From Squalus acanthias (Eukaryota): 64,000 bases of DNA. Numbering within the stretch: the first letter of the stretch is position 1; the number at the start of each line of letters is the position of its first letter. The notes under the pieces are model-generated. The model was not told where the DNA came from. It made no database searches and saw nothing but the letters and a program-made list of their open reading frames with translations. Location: NCBI GenBank assembly GCA_030390025.1, contig CM059432.1:140928001-140992000 (forward strand), read 5' to 3'. Position numbers and translations under genes: made by a program. Below are positions 51,892 to 64,000 of the stretch, one piece after another.

Positions 51892-53280
51892 CTTGCATGT
51901 GTACAGCGCTTTTAACAGCAAGAACTTGTATTTATATAGTGCCTTTAATGTAGTAAAACGTCCCAAGGTGCTTCACAGGAGTATTATAAGACAAAAACAA
52001 ATTGACACCGAGCCAGATAAGGAGAAATTGGGGCAGGTGACCAAAAGTTTGGTCAAAGAGGGAGGTTTTAAGGAGTGTCTTAAAGGAGGAAAGAGAGGCG
52101 GAGAGGTTTAGGGAGGGAATTCCAGAGTTTAGGGCCTAGGCAACAGAAGGCACGACCACCAATGGGTTGAGTTTGGTGCAGAGGCTGATGGAGGAGAGCA
52201 GTGAAGATATCTCAGTAATAAAATTTTTATGGTACTTGGGTGGGTGGTAGAGAATGAGAATTTTAAATGAGAAGTGAGAGGGGTGGAATAAGATGAGATG
52301 CTCAAAGGAGGAGAAAGTGCCAGAGGAGTAGGGGGACAGACCAAGCTGTGATTTGGTGATGAGAGCCACACTGCCACCACAGCGGTCTCAGCGGGGCAAG
52401 TGGTGGAAGGTATAGCCAGGTGGGGAGGCTTCATTTAAGGGTAAGGTGTCATCACCCCTCAACCAAGATTCCGTCAGGGCTATGATGTCGATGCAATCAT
52501 CCACGATAAACTCATGGATGGCAAGGGCCTTGTTCACAAGTGAACGAGCATTCTGGAGGGAGATACGGAGAGGGTCGGTGATGGCTGACCCACTGCCGGC
52601 GTCCACAGGGTCAGCGCTGGGAGGGGTAAGTTGGATGGGGAGGAGATTGGCAAGATTAGCCCCCAGTGGGCACTCTGGGCGGGAAGGTCGGCGAGGGAGT
52701 AGGATGGGACAGTTGAGGTTGCTGCTCGTAAGGAGGCAGCGACGAGTGCCTCGATGGGCCCTTCACAGGATGCCAAGAGAGGCCCAGAGGGAAGCTGTGG
52801 GCTTATCCGAGAGGGAGTCAAGCCCGGGACGGTGGCAGGCGAGTAGGGAGGGCGAAGAGTAATGAAGGATTGGGGTAGGGATTTGGGAGGACAGAGTATC
52901 CGAGAGATGAAAGGAGGAATGACCACAGGAGAGAGCAGTCAGGGAGGGATAGAGAGAAAAGGAAAAGGGGGAGAAAAAGTGGAAAAAGAAATGAACGGCT
53001 CAGGTCTGGAGCTGCAGCCAAAGTGCGCACGCGAATGGACACAGGGAAAAAGCTCAGGTTACATAGGCCTGGTTAAATGTAGTGATTAATGGGATACATA
53101 TTTCCTGGTGACAGGGAATAGGTTGGGGACAATAGTAGGGAGACCAGGGTCAAAGTCAGAGGTCCCGTGGAGGGACAAGAGGACGTAAGCAGGATGGAGC
53201 CGGCACAGAGCATCGACGAACCGCTGTCCAAAGCAGGCCAGTGAGGTCCAGAAGCTATTTGAAGGGTAGAGAAGGGTAAT
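51892..53280 (-). mobile_element. Internally deleted L2 element (5' region and APE N-terminus close to a 3' tail)
   Basis: ORF 52388-52606 SLQNARSLVNKALAIHEFIVDDCIDIIALTESWL is an AP-endonuclease N-terminus; L2 tail at 51892-52160 in the same orientation. Confidence 0.65.
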
Positions 53281-53570
53281 AAAACATCTCAAGGCGCTTC
53301 ACAGGAGCATAATCAGAGAAAATTTGATACCGAGCCACATAAGGAGATATTAAGACAGGTGACCAAAAGCTTGGTCAAAGAGGTAGGTTTTAAGAAGCGC
53401 CTTGAAGGAGGAGAGAGATGTGGAGAGTTTATACTGCGCCTTTAATGACCTCAGGATATCCCAAAGCGCATTACAGCCAATGACCAGATCATCTGTTTTA
53501 GTGATGTTAGTTGAGGGATAAGTATTCACCAGGACACCGGGGAGAACTCCCCTGCTCTTCTTCAATACTG

Positions 53571-53792
53571 AGAAGTCGCACAACACCAGGTTATAGTCCA
53601 ACAGTTTTATTTGAAATTACGAGCTTTCGGAGCTCTGCTCCTTCTTCAGGTACAGTGAGGGAATCTAAATCGATTACACAGTATATATAGACAGAGAACA
53701 ATGTGTCTGCAGAGATACAATCCGTCAGGGAGGCATTACATCAAAGACACAGCAGAGTACAGCTAAGACAATGAGGTGGGTCACAGGTCACA
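53571..53792 (-). mobile_element. Penelope-like family A insertion (non-palindromic) with hammerhead at 53618-53652
   Basis: 13-bp TSD ttcttcaatactg (53558-53570, 53793-53805); minus strand reads UAC-CUGAAGA-A-GGAGC AGA GCUCC-GAA-AGCU-C/GUA. Confidence 0.8.
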
Positions 53793-54805
53793 TTCTTCAA
53801 TACTGGCACCTCTCTTCATTAAGATAGAACAAGATGGGAAATGGGCAAGAATTAGTAAGAGATCACAGCATTAAACAAATAAGTAAATGTACTATAATGA
53901 CATTGGCTTACTGTTTTTTTTTAAGAGCCCCGTATAAACTGCCAAGCAATCAGGTTTGGAAACGGTTTCTGGTTTGATTTACTCCCGCAAGATGTGTAAT
54001 GGGTCAAAGTGACAGTGAGTGCAAGTGAGCTCGGCTTGTAAACTGAATCTACGCCAGACTGTGAAATTAGCAGAATTTGTACCGTGACTGAAACATTAAT
54101 TTAATTTTTTCTTAAATCCCATGTCACACTAACAACGCCAATGATGAGTCATGTTATGACTGGATTTAAATTTTGCAATCTGTCAGATGTCTGGGCCGCT
54201 GTTGGCTACGCTGAGGTGAATTTGCCAAGTTAAATTAATTATGAGTGAGACACAAACTTTTAATTCCGTGAATGTGAGGCTCTTGTGTTTCAGTAAACAA
54301 AAAGAGTTGGTCTTTAAATACAAGATAGCCCCCTGAGCCTTTGAATGTCATGAACTTCACATCTGCCAGTTATAATACGTTGTAATAAAAAATGTGTTGG
54401 TGATAAAGATCTGTAAATACGACAGCCTGTTTGCATTTCCTGTAAATTCTGTTAAAATACTAGTAAATGGCTCATTCATTCCCGATAGACAATAGCAGTG
54501 AAGATAACACATGATACTCATCCTAGACCATAGTTTCCTGAGCTCTTTACTCAGCTGCAGTCAATAATCAGCTCCTCTTCATTATATATTCTTCGAAACA
54601 TCTACAGGAATTCAATTCATTCGCACGGGAGAAGCCTGAAACTTGCTAAGAATACTAAGAAATGTTGACGGAATACTGCTTCTGTGTGACTTATGTAGCA
54701 CTACAAACACAATGCTGTTTCTCTTTTCCACCTCTGTAACATCACCCGTTTTTGCCCCTGCCTTAGCTCATCTGCTGCTGAAACCCTCATCCATGCCTTT
54801 GTTAC

Positions 54806-55925
54806 GGATATGTCTTCCTTTTTCCTCAACCAAAGATTCCCCTCTACCGTGGTTGACATGGCCCTCGACCGTGTCCGTTCTATTTCCCGCACTTCTGCTC
54901 TCACCCCTTCCCCTCCCTCCCAGAACCACGATAGGGTTCCCCTTGTCCTCACCTTTCACCCCACCAGCCTCCACATTCAGCACATCATCCTCCGCCACCT
55001 CCAGCGTGATCCCACCACCAAACACATCTTCTCCTCCCCTCTTTCAGCATTCTGAAGGGACCGCTCCCTCTGCGACACCCTGGTCCACTCCTCAATCAGC
55101 CCCAACACCCCTTCCCCTTCCTACAGCACCTTCCTGTACAAGCGCAGGAGATGCAACACCTGCCCTTTTACCTCCTCCCTTCCCACTGTCCAGGGCCCCA
55201 AACACTCCTTCCAGGTGAAACAGTGATTTACTTGTACTTCTTGCAATTTAGTATACTGTATTCGCTGCTCACGATGCGGTCTCCTCTACATTGGGGAGAC
55301 CAAACACAGATTGGGCGACCGCTTTGCGGCACCCCTCCATTCAGTCCGTAAGGGGGACCCCGAGCTCCCGGTCGCCTGTCACTTTAATTCTCCGCTGCAC
55401 TCCCACTCTGATCTCTCCATCCTTGGCCTCTTACACTGTTCCAATGAAGCTCAACGTAGGCACAAGGCACAGCATCTCATCGTTCGATTAGGCACTTTAC
55501 AGCCTTCTGGACTAAACATCGAATTCAACAATTTCAGACCATAACCTCTATTTTTTTTCCACATGGCAGCTGTTGATGATTTGCCATTCCCATTTACACC
55601 TCTTCTAGAGTCATCTTTTGTTTTTTAAGTTGTTCCATTACCATCTCCATGCCTTGCACCATCATCCCTTTTGTCTTTTAATCTCTCCTGCCTTCCATCC
55701 TATCACAGACCTTCCCTTTTGTTGTTTCCTCCCCTCCCCCGTCTCCCTGCCACTACACTTGCTTAAAAACCTGTTCCATCTCCAGCTTTTTCCAGTTCTG
55801 ACGAAGGGTCATCGACCTGAAACGTTAACTCTGTTTCTCTCTCCACAGATGCTGCCTGACCTGAGTGTTTCCAGCATTTTCTGTTTTTATTTCAGATATC
55901 AGCATCCGCAGTGTTTTGCTTCTGT
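54806..55925 (+). mobile_element. Penelope-like element 3' part: degenerate GIY-YIG endonuclease plus pLTR
   Basis: NLVYCIRCSRCGLLYIGETKHRLGDRF...PVACHFN...LGTLQPSGLNIEFNNF with stop codons upstream; family B pLTR follows. Confidence 0.88.
55794..55830 (+). ncRNA. Minimal hammerhead ribozyme (family B), intact core
   Basis: AGUU-CUGACGA-A-GGGUC AUC GACCU-GAA-ACGU-U/AACU. Confidence 0.7.
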
Positions 55926-56285
55926 ATCAGTTATCTAGTATTTCACTATCAGTGTGCAGCGTGTCCCATCTACAAGATGCACTTATTCACACAAAGGGTA
56001 GTGGAAATCTGGACCCCCCCCCCCCCAAAAAAAAAAGCTGTCGAGTCTGGGGGCCAATTGAAAGTGTCAAAACTGAGATTGATAGACCTTTGTTTGGCAA
56101 GGGTATTAAGGGTTACAGAAGCAAGGTGGCTAGATGGAGTTAAGATACAGATCGCCATGATCTAATTGAATGGTGGAACAGGCTTCCCTGCGAATAAAAG
56201 GTGTGAACTTCAATTATTTCATTAACAAACGCTTCTCTTTTTTTTGATCTTACCAAGTGTGTGTGTGTGTGATTTGTTTTGGTAG

Positions 56286-56482
56286 ATTGGTTCATTCTGG
56301 CGTGGGGAGAGATTCGCCACAGCCAGGCGTGGAAGTGTCTTTCGCCACTCGTACCGGGACACGCCAAGGCATCGAAACGCACCTCTTCCGCGTCGAGACC
56401 AACTCCAATCTGTCCAACTGGACCAGGCTAATCGTACAGGGCTGCCACAAAGCAGCGGAGCTAATTAAAGAAGTTACAACCA
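56286..56482 (+). CDS. SNTB1: Beta-1-syntrophin coding exon (exon 5): PH2 C-terminal part
   Basis: ggtag acceptor and gtaagt donor; 197 nt, phase 2 to 1. Encodes LVHSGVGRDSPQPGVEVSFATRTGTRQGIETHLFRVETNSNLSNWTRLIVQGCHKAAELIKEVTT. Confidence 0.95.
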
Positions 56483-56631
56483 GTAAGTATCTCTATTACG
56501 GTGTGTAAAAAAACACAGGGAAGAAGATTTCTGTTGTGCATCATGTACACTGAAGTTGTAAACACATTTATAAATTTAAAAAAAAAATTTGTTACACAGA
56601 GGAAGTCAGTGATGGTACGGAGGAATTATAA

Positions 56632-56999
56632 GGGGGAAAATTCGGTTAATTAGCACCTCCCGTTAGCACCCTAAGAGGGCGCTAACGGGACGCAAAGCAA
56701 CTAGCGCCCGGGCGCAGCGATGTTTGCGCCGCTCGCGAAATTGACCAGACATTTTGCGGCGGTGCTAAACACTACCGCCGCGATCTCCTGCGCCCGCAGA
56801 TCGTGACGTCAGTCAAACATGCAACGCCCTGGTAGCGCCCCGGACCGGATATTGAGTGGTGCCCCCTACCTTTCCACCTGCCGCTAGCAACGACAGGTTG
56901 AGGGGAACGTTTTGCAGTCGGGAAGGGGCTGGGGGAGTGCTATTTAAAGGCGGCCGCTTCCTGCCTTTTATTGTCGGCGATATTTTTGCACCACACATT

Positions 57000-57036
<37 letters not shown>

Positions 57037-57538
57037 CTGGAGAGATTCAACGCTGTGTGAAGGAGTTTTGGGTACTGAGCAGCACTTTGCAGGTTCATTT
57101 TGATTTGACCTTCCTTGCATTGATTTAGAAGAGACTATGGGGGCTGCACTCTGAGCTCTTTCCCTGGGTCTCTCCATTGTTCTTTCCAGCAGAATTGATG
57201 TACAGGTCTCTCCAGGCCGAGATTCAAGGCTGCAATGAGCAGGGTGTGGCTGGAGAGCAAGATTGACCCTCCTATTTAAGAACTGGCCAGCGCCAGTGTG
57301 TCTGTGTTCCATTGCTGACTGACATCACATGAGCTTCGCCAGCGCTCTGAGGTAACGCCTCGCTCCTTGGCGTTAGTGCCTTAAGAGAGGTATGTAGCGC
57401 CTGATTTAGCGCACAAATCACCTCCAGGGGCGATAGAGGCCAAGTTTGCAGTCGGAGGCGATAATTAGCGGCAGGCGCTAAACTTTGCACCCGGCCGATA
57501 ATTGTGCCCCAAATGGGGTGATACCGAATTTCTCCCCC
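56632..57538. mobile_element. GC-rich non-autonomous TIR DNA element (family G)
   Basis: TIRs gggggaaaattcgg / ccgaatttctccccc flanked by taa and tta; internal (GA)n. Confidence 0.65.
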
Positions 57539-58641
57539 TTAGCTTTTTAACGAATTGGCTTCACTTTTTTTCCTCTGTCCAATTCTGAAGAGACTGACAC
57601 TGGCTGGGATAAAGATCAAGGGTGTCAAAAGCCCTCTTTACATCCAGCCCATGTTGGAGATCACATAAATTTGACCCTCTCCTTCTAACTACCTAATAAT
57701 TGAGTGAGATTTGTGCATCCGAGTCCTTGATGAGCCAGTAATTCCTAGCAGCCTAGTGTCTGATTTCCAGGCAGTTTTCTGGTGCGTATCTGTCAGGGTC
57801 CCTAACCCTTTAGTGTTGTGGCTATGGGGAAATGGACGAGGTTCTTTACCCAGAGAGTGGTGAGAATGTGGAACTCGCTACCACAGGGAGTGGTTGAGGC
57901 AAATAGCATAGATGCATTTAAGGGGAAGTTAGCTAAACACATCAAGGAGAAGGGAATAGTAGGATATGCTGATAGGGTGAGATGAAGTAAGGTGGGAGGA
58001 GGCCTGTGCGGAGCAGAAACATCGTTGGGCCGAATAGCCTGTTTCTGTGCTGAAAATTCTGTGTTTGTAGCAATTCAGTGGACTGGCCAAAATGACGGGC
58101 TTTTTGCAGGGGCTTTCACTTGTGCTCAAATTCCATCCAAATTGTTAAGACGTGGCGCCCCACCACCCCAGTTCACTATTGGTAAGGTGCGTGGTACAAA
58201 ATTAATTCATAACGACACAAACTGCCCATAAATGAGCCAGTAAGCTGACAATCTGACTGAGAGGGGCCCACAAGGCTGGGCTGTTGTGGGAATTGTGAAT
58301 ATTTAACATGGTGCAGCAGAGCATGCCCTGCGATTAGAGGTTAAGCGTCTGGTTGGGAAAGATCAGAGAGACGTTTCAACTGCTCTACCTGGGAAAGCAG
58401 ACACCAGATGCAAAAAGTAGAAAAAAATATCTGTTCTCCAGCACAAACATCTCCTGCATTAATGATTACAAAATTCACCCATTCAAAAAAAAAAGTAATG
58501 TAACTCTTAATTGCTAATGTGGCAGAGGAATGACTTTGATGAATAAAACTAGTTCTCCCAAGTACTTCCCTAAACTACTGTGAAATGCATCCTGCTGAAA
58601 TAATGATTAAAAGTTACAATTCTTTTGCCATGAACCAATTA

Positions 58642-59352
58642 GGGGGTCCGATCGTACAGTAGTTATGTTACTTGATTACTAATCCAGGCAACGCGAGTTC
58701 AAATCCCACCACGCCAGTTTGAGAATTTTTAAATTCAGTTTTAAAAAACTGGAAATAAAAAGCTGGTGTCAGTAAAAGTGACCATGAAGCTGTTGGATTG
58801 TCGTAAAAACCCAACTGGTTCATTAATGCCCCTTTAAGGAAAGAAAGACTAGCATTTCGATAATGTCTTTCACGACCTCAGGACATCCCAAAGTACCTTA
58901 CAGCCAATGAAGTACTAAGTGTAGTCGCTGTTGTAATGTAGGAAAACGTGGCAGCCAATTTGTGCACAGCAAGCTCCCACAAATAGCAATGAGATAATGA
59001 CCAGATTATCTGTTCTTTAGTGATGTTGGTTGAGGGATAAATATTGGCCAGGACACTGGAGATAACTCCCCTGCTTCTTCTAAATCTTTTACGACCACCT
59101 GAGAGAGCAGACGGGGCGGCCTCTGCTTATCGTCTCATCCGAAAGACGGCACCTCCGACAGTGCAGCACTCCCTCAGTACTGCCCTGGAAGGGTCAGCCT
59201 AGATTTTTGTGCTCAAGTCTCTGAGGGAAGGAAACCTGCTGTCCTTACCCGGTCTGGGTCTATATTGACTCCAGTCCCATACCAACGTGGTTGACTGCAG
59301 GGATGGGCAATAAATGCCGGCGTTGCCAGCGACGCCCACATTCCGAGAATGA
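58642..59352 (+). mobile_element. Second SINE family copy interrupted by a minus-strand DeuSINE (~58843-59223)
   Basis: Collinear with 21501-22101 on both sides of the insertion. Confidence 0.7.
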
Positions 59353-59689
59353 GTAAATTTAAAAAAAAAATGTAAATGCCCAATAACTCATTCGTATAAT
59401 AATTAACCGAAGGGAACTAACTGACTACTTCATAATCGAACAATAAAATGAAAACATTCAGATGCCATAAACCATGTACAGTGACAATTAAAGATCAGTT
59501 AAATTAGCCTGCAGTCATACTGGAACACACGATCACTGCAAAGCAAATTCAAGCGCTCACCAATGCAATAGTGGCTTGGGAGTCAGGCCAACGAATACGA
59601 CACCCAATCGCATCGAAGCAAGTTACGTGAACACTTCCAGCAGCCAGTCTCACGCTGCATGGACCTTGCCCCACGTACTGTATTGCTTT

Positions 59690-60245
59690 GAGCCCAGTGG
59701 AAGGTTGCACATTACTGAAAGGATATAGAAGCACTGGAGAAGGTACAAAGAAAGATTTACAAGAATGATACCAGAACTGAGAGGTGATAACTATCAGGAA
59801 AGACTGAACAGGCTAGGGGCTCTTTACTCGAGAAAAGAGAAGGCTGAGGGCTGACCTGACAGAGGTCTTTAAAATTATGAAAGCATTTGATAGGTAGACG
59901 TAGAGAAGATGTTTCCACTTGTGAGGGGAGTCCAAAACTAGGGGTCAAAAATATAAGACAGTCACTAATAAATCCAATGAGGGATTCCGCAGAAACCTCT
60001 TTACACAGAGAGTGGCGAGAATGTAAAACTCGCTACCACAAGGGAGTGGTTGAGGCGAATAGCATAGATGCATTTAATGGGAAGTTAGCCAAGTACATGA
60101 GGGAGAAAGGAATAGAAGGGGATGCTGATAGGGTGAGATGAAGTAGGGTGGGAGGAGGCTCGTGTGGAGCATAAACACCGGCATAGACCAGTTGAGCCGA
60201 ATGGCCTGTTATTGTGCTGTAAATTCTGTGTAATTCTATGTAAAA
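59690..60245 (+). mobile_element. CR1 LINE 3' fragment
   Basis: Degenerate CR1 C-terminal coding sequence and 3' UTR. Confidence 0.8.
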
Positions 60246-61557
60246 CATACCCATTGAACCTCTTGACAACTTTCTAAACTTAATTTTTGACCTTTCGCAA
60301 TGTTGAGAGAAGAGGCAATCCCCACTGATCTCTCCTAACATTAATAATTAACCGCCCAAGGCATGGAACTGTGCAGGTGCGCACAAGCACACACACACGC
60401 ACACGCACACCACGCACACACACACACAGAGCTGCTTGATCGACAAGCTTGGTTTGAGGTGCAATAGGCAGTATAATTCGATCTCCCAGCTGCATCATTA
60501 CACCCGACAGATACCCAGTCCGAGACCAGCAGCTGGAGAATTTCCGCAACATTAGACAAAGCCTCCTCGAACTCTTCATGAGGACCGTAGAGTGATATTA
60601 GTGATAGCTTGAATGCGGAGCTGAGACCAGTGCTAGGGATGATATCACTTTGATGCCAACCAAACAGAATTTTTTTGTAAAAAGAATAAAGGACATGGAA
60701 TAAAATTAGAATCACTACATGAGGTGGAAAATGGGATGCATGCACTGTTAATATTCATAGAGATGGTCAAATTTTATTTATCAAGATGATTGGGTCAAAT
60801 GGTTGGCATTTGATTTGCCTCAGTGTGTTGTTCAATAAGATGGAATGAATTGCTGATCTAGGATATTAGTGTGAACTATTAAGTGCGATGTGAATACAGT
60901 AGCGGTGTCGAAAGGTGGTTCAAGTGAAGCATTAGTTTTTTTTTAAATATTACCCGTCGCCTGGTGCTTTTGGCAATCTGTAATCCAGTGTATTGGGGTT
61001 ACGTTGTGTGACATGTGCTGAGATTCCGACAGAGGGATGTGCATTCAGCATGTTGAATAGAGGAGTGGAATTAGTGGAATAAAGCAGTTCAATCTTTCGC
61101 ACCTTGCCAGAAACATAAACCTCCAAACTGTCACTTGTAACTCACCGTTAGTAAAGGACTTTAACCAGTGCTTCAACCCTTGCTCGATAATGAAGTAGTC
61201 AGTTAGCTCTCTTGGGTTAAGTATTATACAAAGCGAGGTACAAAGGAGTGTTCCTTGGGGTTTCTGCTGTGGAGTCAGACTGAATCTCCAGGAGTGAGGA
61301 AAGTGGAATGGCCTGTTATTATGCTCTGCATTTTTAAGACTGGGATTGATGAAGGTCCCTCCTGGGTTTATTTTCTCCCCTCCTTTCCTCAAAGCGTTGA
61401 CTCCATGTTGGGATGCACTTGACTCAGCAGGCATCTCGACTGCAGTGGCATCACACCCAAGTGTGTTCCTGCCCTCAGTTGATGTCCACACACACACACA
61501 CTTCCCAGGAGGAGTCACTGGACGACGAGTTGGAGCAGGCAGCCTAGGTATTTCTTG

Positions 61558-62180
61558 GGGAGACCAAACGCAGATTGGGTGACCGCTTTGCGGAACACCT
61601 CCGTTCAGTCCGGAAGGGTGACCCCGAGCTTCCGGTCGCTTGTCATTTTAATTCACCCCTCCACGCTCACTCAGACCTCACCGTCCTCGGCCTCTTGCAT
61701 TGTTCCACGGAAGCGCAGCGTAAGCTCCAGGAACAGCACCTCATCTTCCGTTTAGGCACTTTACAGCCTTCCGGACTCAATATCGAGTTCAACAATTTCA
61801 GATCATAACCCCGGCCCCTACCACATATGTATACATTTTATCCACTCTTTTGGTCCGTGCCTTTTTCCTTTTTTTCTCTCTCTCCCCCCACGGCAGCTGT
61901 CTCTGATTCTGCCAGCATTTCACACCTTACCTTTTGTTTCTCAACCTGTCCCATTACCATCTCGTCTTGCCTTGAGCATCTCTCAATATCTCTACTCACT
62001 AAAGACCATCCCTTTTGTTCTTTTATTCCTCCCCCCAGCCTCCCCCTTGCATTTTTATCTGTTTATTTCTTGCTCTCTCAGTTCCGACGAAGGGTTTCGA
62101 CCTGAAACGTTAACTCTCTTTCTCTCTCCACGGATGTTGCCTGGCCTGCTGAGTTTTTCCAACGTTTTCTGTTGTTATTT
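61558..62180 (+). mobile_element. 5'-truncated Penelope-like element (GIY-YIG C-terminus plus pLTR with mutated hammerhead at 62080-62115)
   Basis: GETKRRLGDRFAEHLRSV...LQPSGLNIEFNNF; 13-bp TSD taggtatttcttg (61545-61557, 62181-62193); core reads CCGACGA. Confidence 0.88.
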
Positions 62181-62324
62181 TAGGTATTTCTTGCTCTTGG
62201 TTAGCCCATGGGCTGTTGAGGGTAATTGTAATGTTCCTTCTGTCACCCTCGCTCTTCCAGGTTTGGCACGAGTTATAAAATTGAGCTGCACCATGAAGGA
62301 TGCCAAGCAGACGCAGAGGCTTTC

Positions 62325-62787
62325 CGTAGGAACAGAGGAACAGGAGAAGGGCATTCAGCCCCTCGAGCCTGTTCCACCATTCAATTAGATCATGGCTGAT
62401 CTGTATCTAAACTCCATCTACCCGCCTTGGTTCCATATCCCTCAATAACCTTGCCTAACAAAAATCTAGCAATCTCAATTTTCAATTGACCCCCAGCCTC
62501 AACAACATTTTGGGGGAGTGAGTTCCAGATTTCCACTACCCTTTGTGTGAAGAAGTGCTTCCGGATATCACCCCTGAACGGCCTAACTCTAATTTTAAGG
62601 TTATGCCCCCTTGTTCTGGACTCCCCCACCAGAGGAAATAGTTTCTCTCTATCAACTCCTTTGATCATCTTAAATGCCTCAATTAGATCACCCCTTAATC
62701 TTCTATACTGGAGGGAATACAAGCTTAGTCTATGCAACCTGGCCTCATAATTTAACCCTTTTAACCCCGGTATCATTCTGGTGAAAT
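62325..62787 (-). mobile_element. CR1 LINE 3' fragment
   Basis: ORF 62390-62776 with RRLRGDLIEAFKMIKG and FFTQRVVEIWNSLP. Confidence 0.85.
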
Positions 62788-64000
62788 TTTTAAATTCTGA
62801 TCCTTGTTTTCAAATCCCTCCATGGCCTTGCCCCTTCCTATCTCTGTAATCTGCTCCAGCCCTACAAACCTCCGAGATCTCTGCGCTCCTCCAATTTTGG
62901 CCTCTTGCACATCCCCGATTTCCATCGCTCTATCATTGGCGGCCGTGTCTTCAGCTGCCAAGGCCCTAAGCTCTGGAATTACCTCCCTAAACCTCTCCAC
63001 CTCTCTTTCTTCCTTTAAGACGCTCCTTCAAACCTACCTCTTGGACCAAGCTTTTGATCATCTGTCCTAATATCTCATGTGGCTCGGTGTCAAATTTTGT
63101 TTGATAACGCTCCTGTGAAGCGCCTTGAGATGTTTTACTACATTAAAGGCGCTATATAAATACAAGTTGTTGTTTGATCTGCGATGCACCCCCTCCAAGG
63201 CCAATATATCCTACCTGAAGGGAAGGAAAATGCGAGATGACTAACATGTGGTTGATCTTGTCCAATAATACAGCCTCTTCTCAGGCGAGGATTGTGTGCG
63301 ACACGGGGAGACTCCAAAAATAAGAGCAATGAGAAAGAATTTTTGAAAATAACTTACCGATTAGCCTTGGCTCGGTGGGTAGCACTCTTGCCACGGAGTC
63401 AGAAGTTGTGGGTTCAAGCCCCACTCTGCAAGTTAAAAACATTCAGATTTTAAAATTTCCAATTAAATATCAATGTTGACTTTCATGTTTCAAAAAAAGC
63501 TAAACATGAACTTCTTTTTGCATTTAAAACCCTGGAAATCATGAGAGTGATGTTCTAATACAAAAGTTATCCTGCCTCAGCTCATCTGCTGCTGAAACCC
63601 TCATCCATGCCTTTGTCACCTTCAGACTGGACTATTCCAACGCACTCCTGGCCGGCCTCCCATCCTTCACCTTCAGTAAATGTCAGCTCATCCAAAGCTC
63701 TGCTGCCCTTATCCTATCCCTTGTCTTTGCTGATCTACATTGGCTTCAGTTACCCCAACCTCTCTAATTTAAAACGCAAAAGCTTTTTGTTTAAATCCCT
63801 TCATGGCCTCACTCTCTGTAACCTGCTTCAGCCCTACAAGCCCCAAGCCCCCAGCCCCACTCTGAACTCTTCGTTGCTCCAACTCTGGCCTCCTGTGTAT
63901 GCCTCCCTCCCTTTGGCCCGTCACTGGTGGCTGTGCCTTCAGCCACCTAGACCCCAGCGCTCTAGAATTCCCTCCCTAAGTTAATCCATGTCTTCAACTC

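Noticed and set aside
56483..64000. SNTB1 SU-domain exons
   Set aside because: No matching peptide seen; presumably downstream of the window.

Overview
Eukaryotic genomic DNA, most likely a shark or other chondrichthyan judging from its SINE/LINE repertoire. The window lies inside a + strand beta-1-syntrophin (SNTB1) gene. Four coding exons with canonical, phase-compatible splice sites are present (31774-31999, 38287-38494, 47752-47894, 56286-56482); the first exon (PH-N/PDZ) and the last exons lie outside the window. The rest is intronic and dense with repeats: tRNA-derived DeuSINE/SacSINE1-like copies, a second SINE, CR1 and L2 LINE fragments, Harbinger-, hAT- and Tigger-like MITEs, a Harbinger Myb/SANT remnant and GT-rich simple repeats. 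The most interesting signal is two families of Penelope-like elements carrying minimal hammerhead ribozymes. They include TSD-flanked ~200-bp perfect or near-perfect palindromes, a compensatory base change in stem I between copies, recurrent 13-14-bp TSDs, and an inverted arm ending within 1 nt of the predicted self-cleavage site. Also notable are a 2-kb ORF1-only Tx1/L1-clade element inserted in a SINE tRNA A-box, and an old inverted duplication bracketing exons 2-4. Family names come from recalled consensus sequences, not database searches. Repeat boundaries without TSDs are approximate.
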